From NCBI GenBank assembly GCA_964016885.1, contig OZ024741.1, forward strand, positions 412,176,001 to 412,240,000: a stretch of DNA of 64,000 nt, written 5' to 3'. This DNA is from Eledone cirrhosa (lineage: Eukaryota). The position numbers were made by a program, and so were the translations under genes. Positions 62,201 to 64,000 of this stretch are shown here, in pieces. The notes below the pieces were generated by a model, which worked only from the letters and a program-made list of their open reading frames with translations, ran no database searches and was not told where the DNA came from. The number at the start of each line of letters is the position of its first letter. Position 1 is the first letter of the stretch.

Positions 62201-64000
62201 TAGTTAAATGTAACACCACAACTATTACCTTAGTTAACTGTAACATGACTGATATTATCTTAGTTAACTGTAACATGGCTGCTATTACCTTAGTTAACTG
62301 TAACATGGCTGCTATTATCTTAGTTAACTGTAACATGACTGCTATTATCTTAGTTAACTGTAACATGACTGCTATTATCTTAGTTAACTGTAACATGACT
62401 GCTATTATCTTAGTTAACTGTAACTTGACTGCTATTACCTTAGTTAACTGTAACATGACTGCTATTATCTTAGTTAACTGTAACATGACTGCTATTATCT
62501 TAGTTAACTGTAACATGACTGCTATAACCTTAGTTAACTGTAACATGGCTGCTATTATCTTAGTTAACTGTAACGTGGATGCTATTACCTTTGTTAACTG
62601 TAACGTGGCTGCAATTATCTTAGTTAACTGTAACATGACTGCTATGACCTTAGTTAACTGTAAGATGACTGCTATTACCTTAGTTAAATGTAACATGACT
62701 GCTATTATCTTAGTTAACTGTAACATGGCTGCTATTATCTTAGTTAATTGTAACATGACTGCTATTATCTTAGTTAAATGTAACATGACTGCTATTATCT
62801 TAGTTAACTGTAACATGACTGCTATTACATTAGTTCACTGTAACATGACTGCTATTAACTTAGTTAACTGTAACATGGCTGCTATTATCTTAGTTAACTG
62901 TAACATGACTGCTATTATCTTAGTTAAATGTAACGTGACTGCTATTATCTTAGTTAAATGTAACATCACAACTATTACCTTAGTTAACTGTAACATGACT
63001 GATATTATCTTAGTTAACTGTAACATGGCTGCTATTACCTTAGTTAACTGTAACATGACTGCTATTATCTTAGTTAACTGTAACATGGCTGCTATTATAT
63101 TAGTTAACTGTAACATGGCTGCTATTATCTTAGTTAACTGTAACATGACTGCTATTATCTTAGTTAACTGTAACATGACTGCTATTATCTTAGTTAAATG
63201 TAACATGACTGCTATTATCTTAGTTAACTGTAACATGACTGCTATTATCTTAGTTAACTGTAACATGGCTGCTATTAACTTAGTTAACTGTAGCATGGCT
63301 GCTATTAACTTAGTTAACTGTAACATGACTGCTATTATCTTAGTTAACTGTAACATGACTGCTATAACCTTAGTTAACTGTAACATGGCTGCTATTATCT
63401 TAGTTAACTGTAACGTGGATGCTATTACCTTTGTTAACTGTAACGTGGCTGCAATTATCTTAGTTAACTGTAACATGACTGCTATTACCTTAGTTACCTG
63501 TAAGATGACTGCTATTACCTTAGTTAACTGTAACATGGCTGCTATTACCTTAGTTAACTGTAACATGACTGCTATTACCTTAGTTAACTGTAACATGACT
63601 GCTATTACCTTAGTTAACTATAACATGACTGCTATTATCTTAGTTAACTGTAACATGGCTGCTATTACCTTAGTTAACTGTAACATGGCTGCTATTATCT
63701 TGGTTAACTGTAATATGACTGCTATTATCTTAGTTAACTGTAACATGACTGCTATTAACTTAGTTAACTGTAACATGGCTGCTATTATCTTGGTTAACTG
63801 TAATATGACTGCTATTATCTTAGTTTACTCTAACATGACTGCTATTATCTTAGTTAACTGTAACATGACTGCTATTAACTTAGTTAACTGTAAGATGGCT
63901 GCTATTATCTTAGTTAACTGTAACATGACTGCTATTATCTTAGTTAAATGTAACGTGACTGCTATTATCTTAGTTAAACGTAACATCACAACTATTACCT
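56244..64000. repeat. 30-bp satellite (~258 copies, runs off the right edge); consensus TAACATGRCTGCTATTAYCTTAGTTAACTG
   Basis: Exact 30-nt register throughout; stop-free in one frame on each strand. Confidence 0.99.

Overview
AT-rich, repeat-dominated eukaryotic DNA. The repeat repertoire (RTE LINEs with GAT tails, tRNA-derived SINEs, abundant (TA)n) resembles a cephalopod (octopus-like) genome; this is inference. The window opens with a >20 kb 49-bp satellite that appears to have grown from the end of a TTAA-type MITE and closes with a >7.7 kb 30-bp satellite. Between them, five phase-compatible exons of an unidentified minus-strand gene (44775 to 20887) are separated by introns packed with transposons: an intact-ORF RTE LINE with a PHD-like finger, several decayed RTEs, a near-complete Penelope-like element with direct and inverted pseudo-LTRs, an L1/Tx1 3' fragment, CR1/L2 and CRE-like 3' ends, a DD37D maT transposon, SINEs and a 61-bp minisatellite born inside a LINE ORF. 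The most unusual signal is a recurring set of Penelope-type tails sitting in (TA)n that carry hammerhead-ribozyme motifs. Two unrelated ones have a non-canonical CCGANGA core, and the shortest are DNA fold-backs centred where hammerhead stem II would lie. All calls were made by eye, without database searches or folding software.
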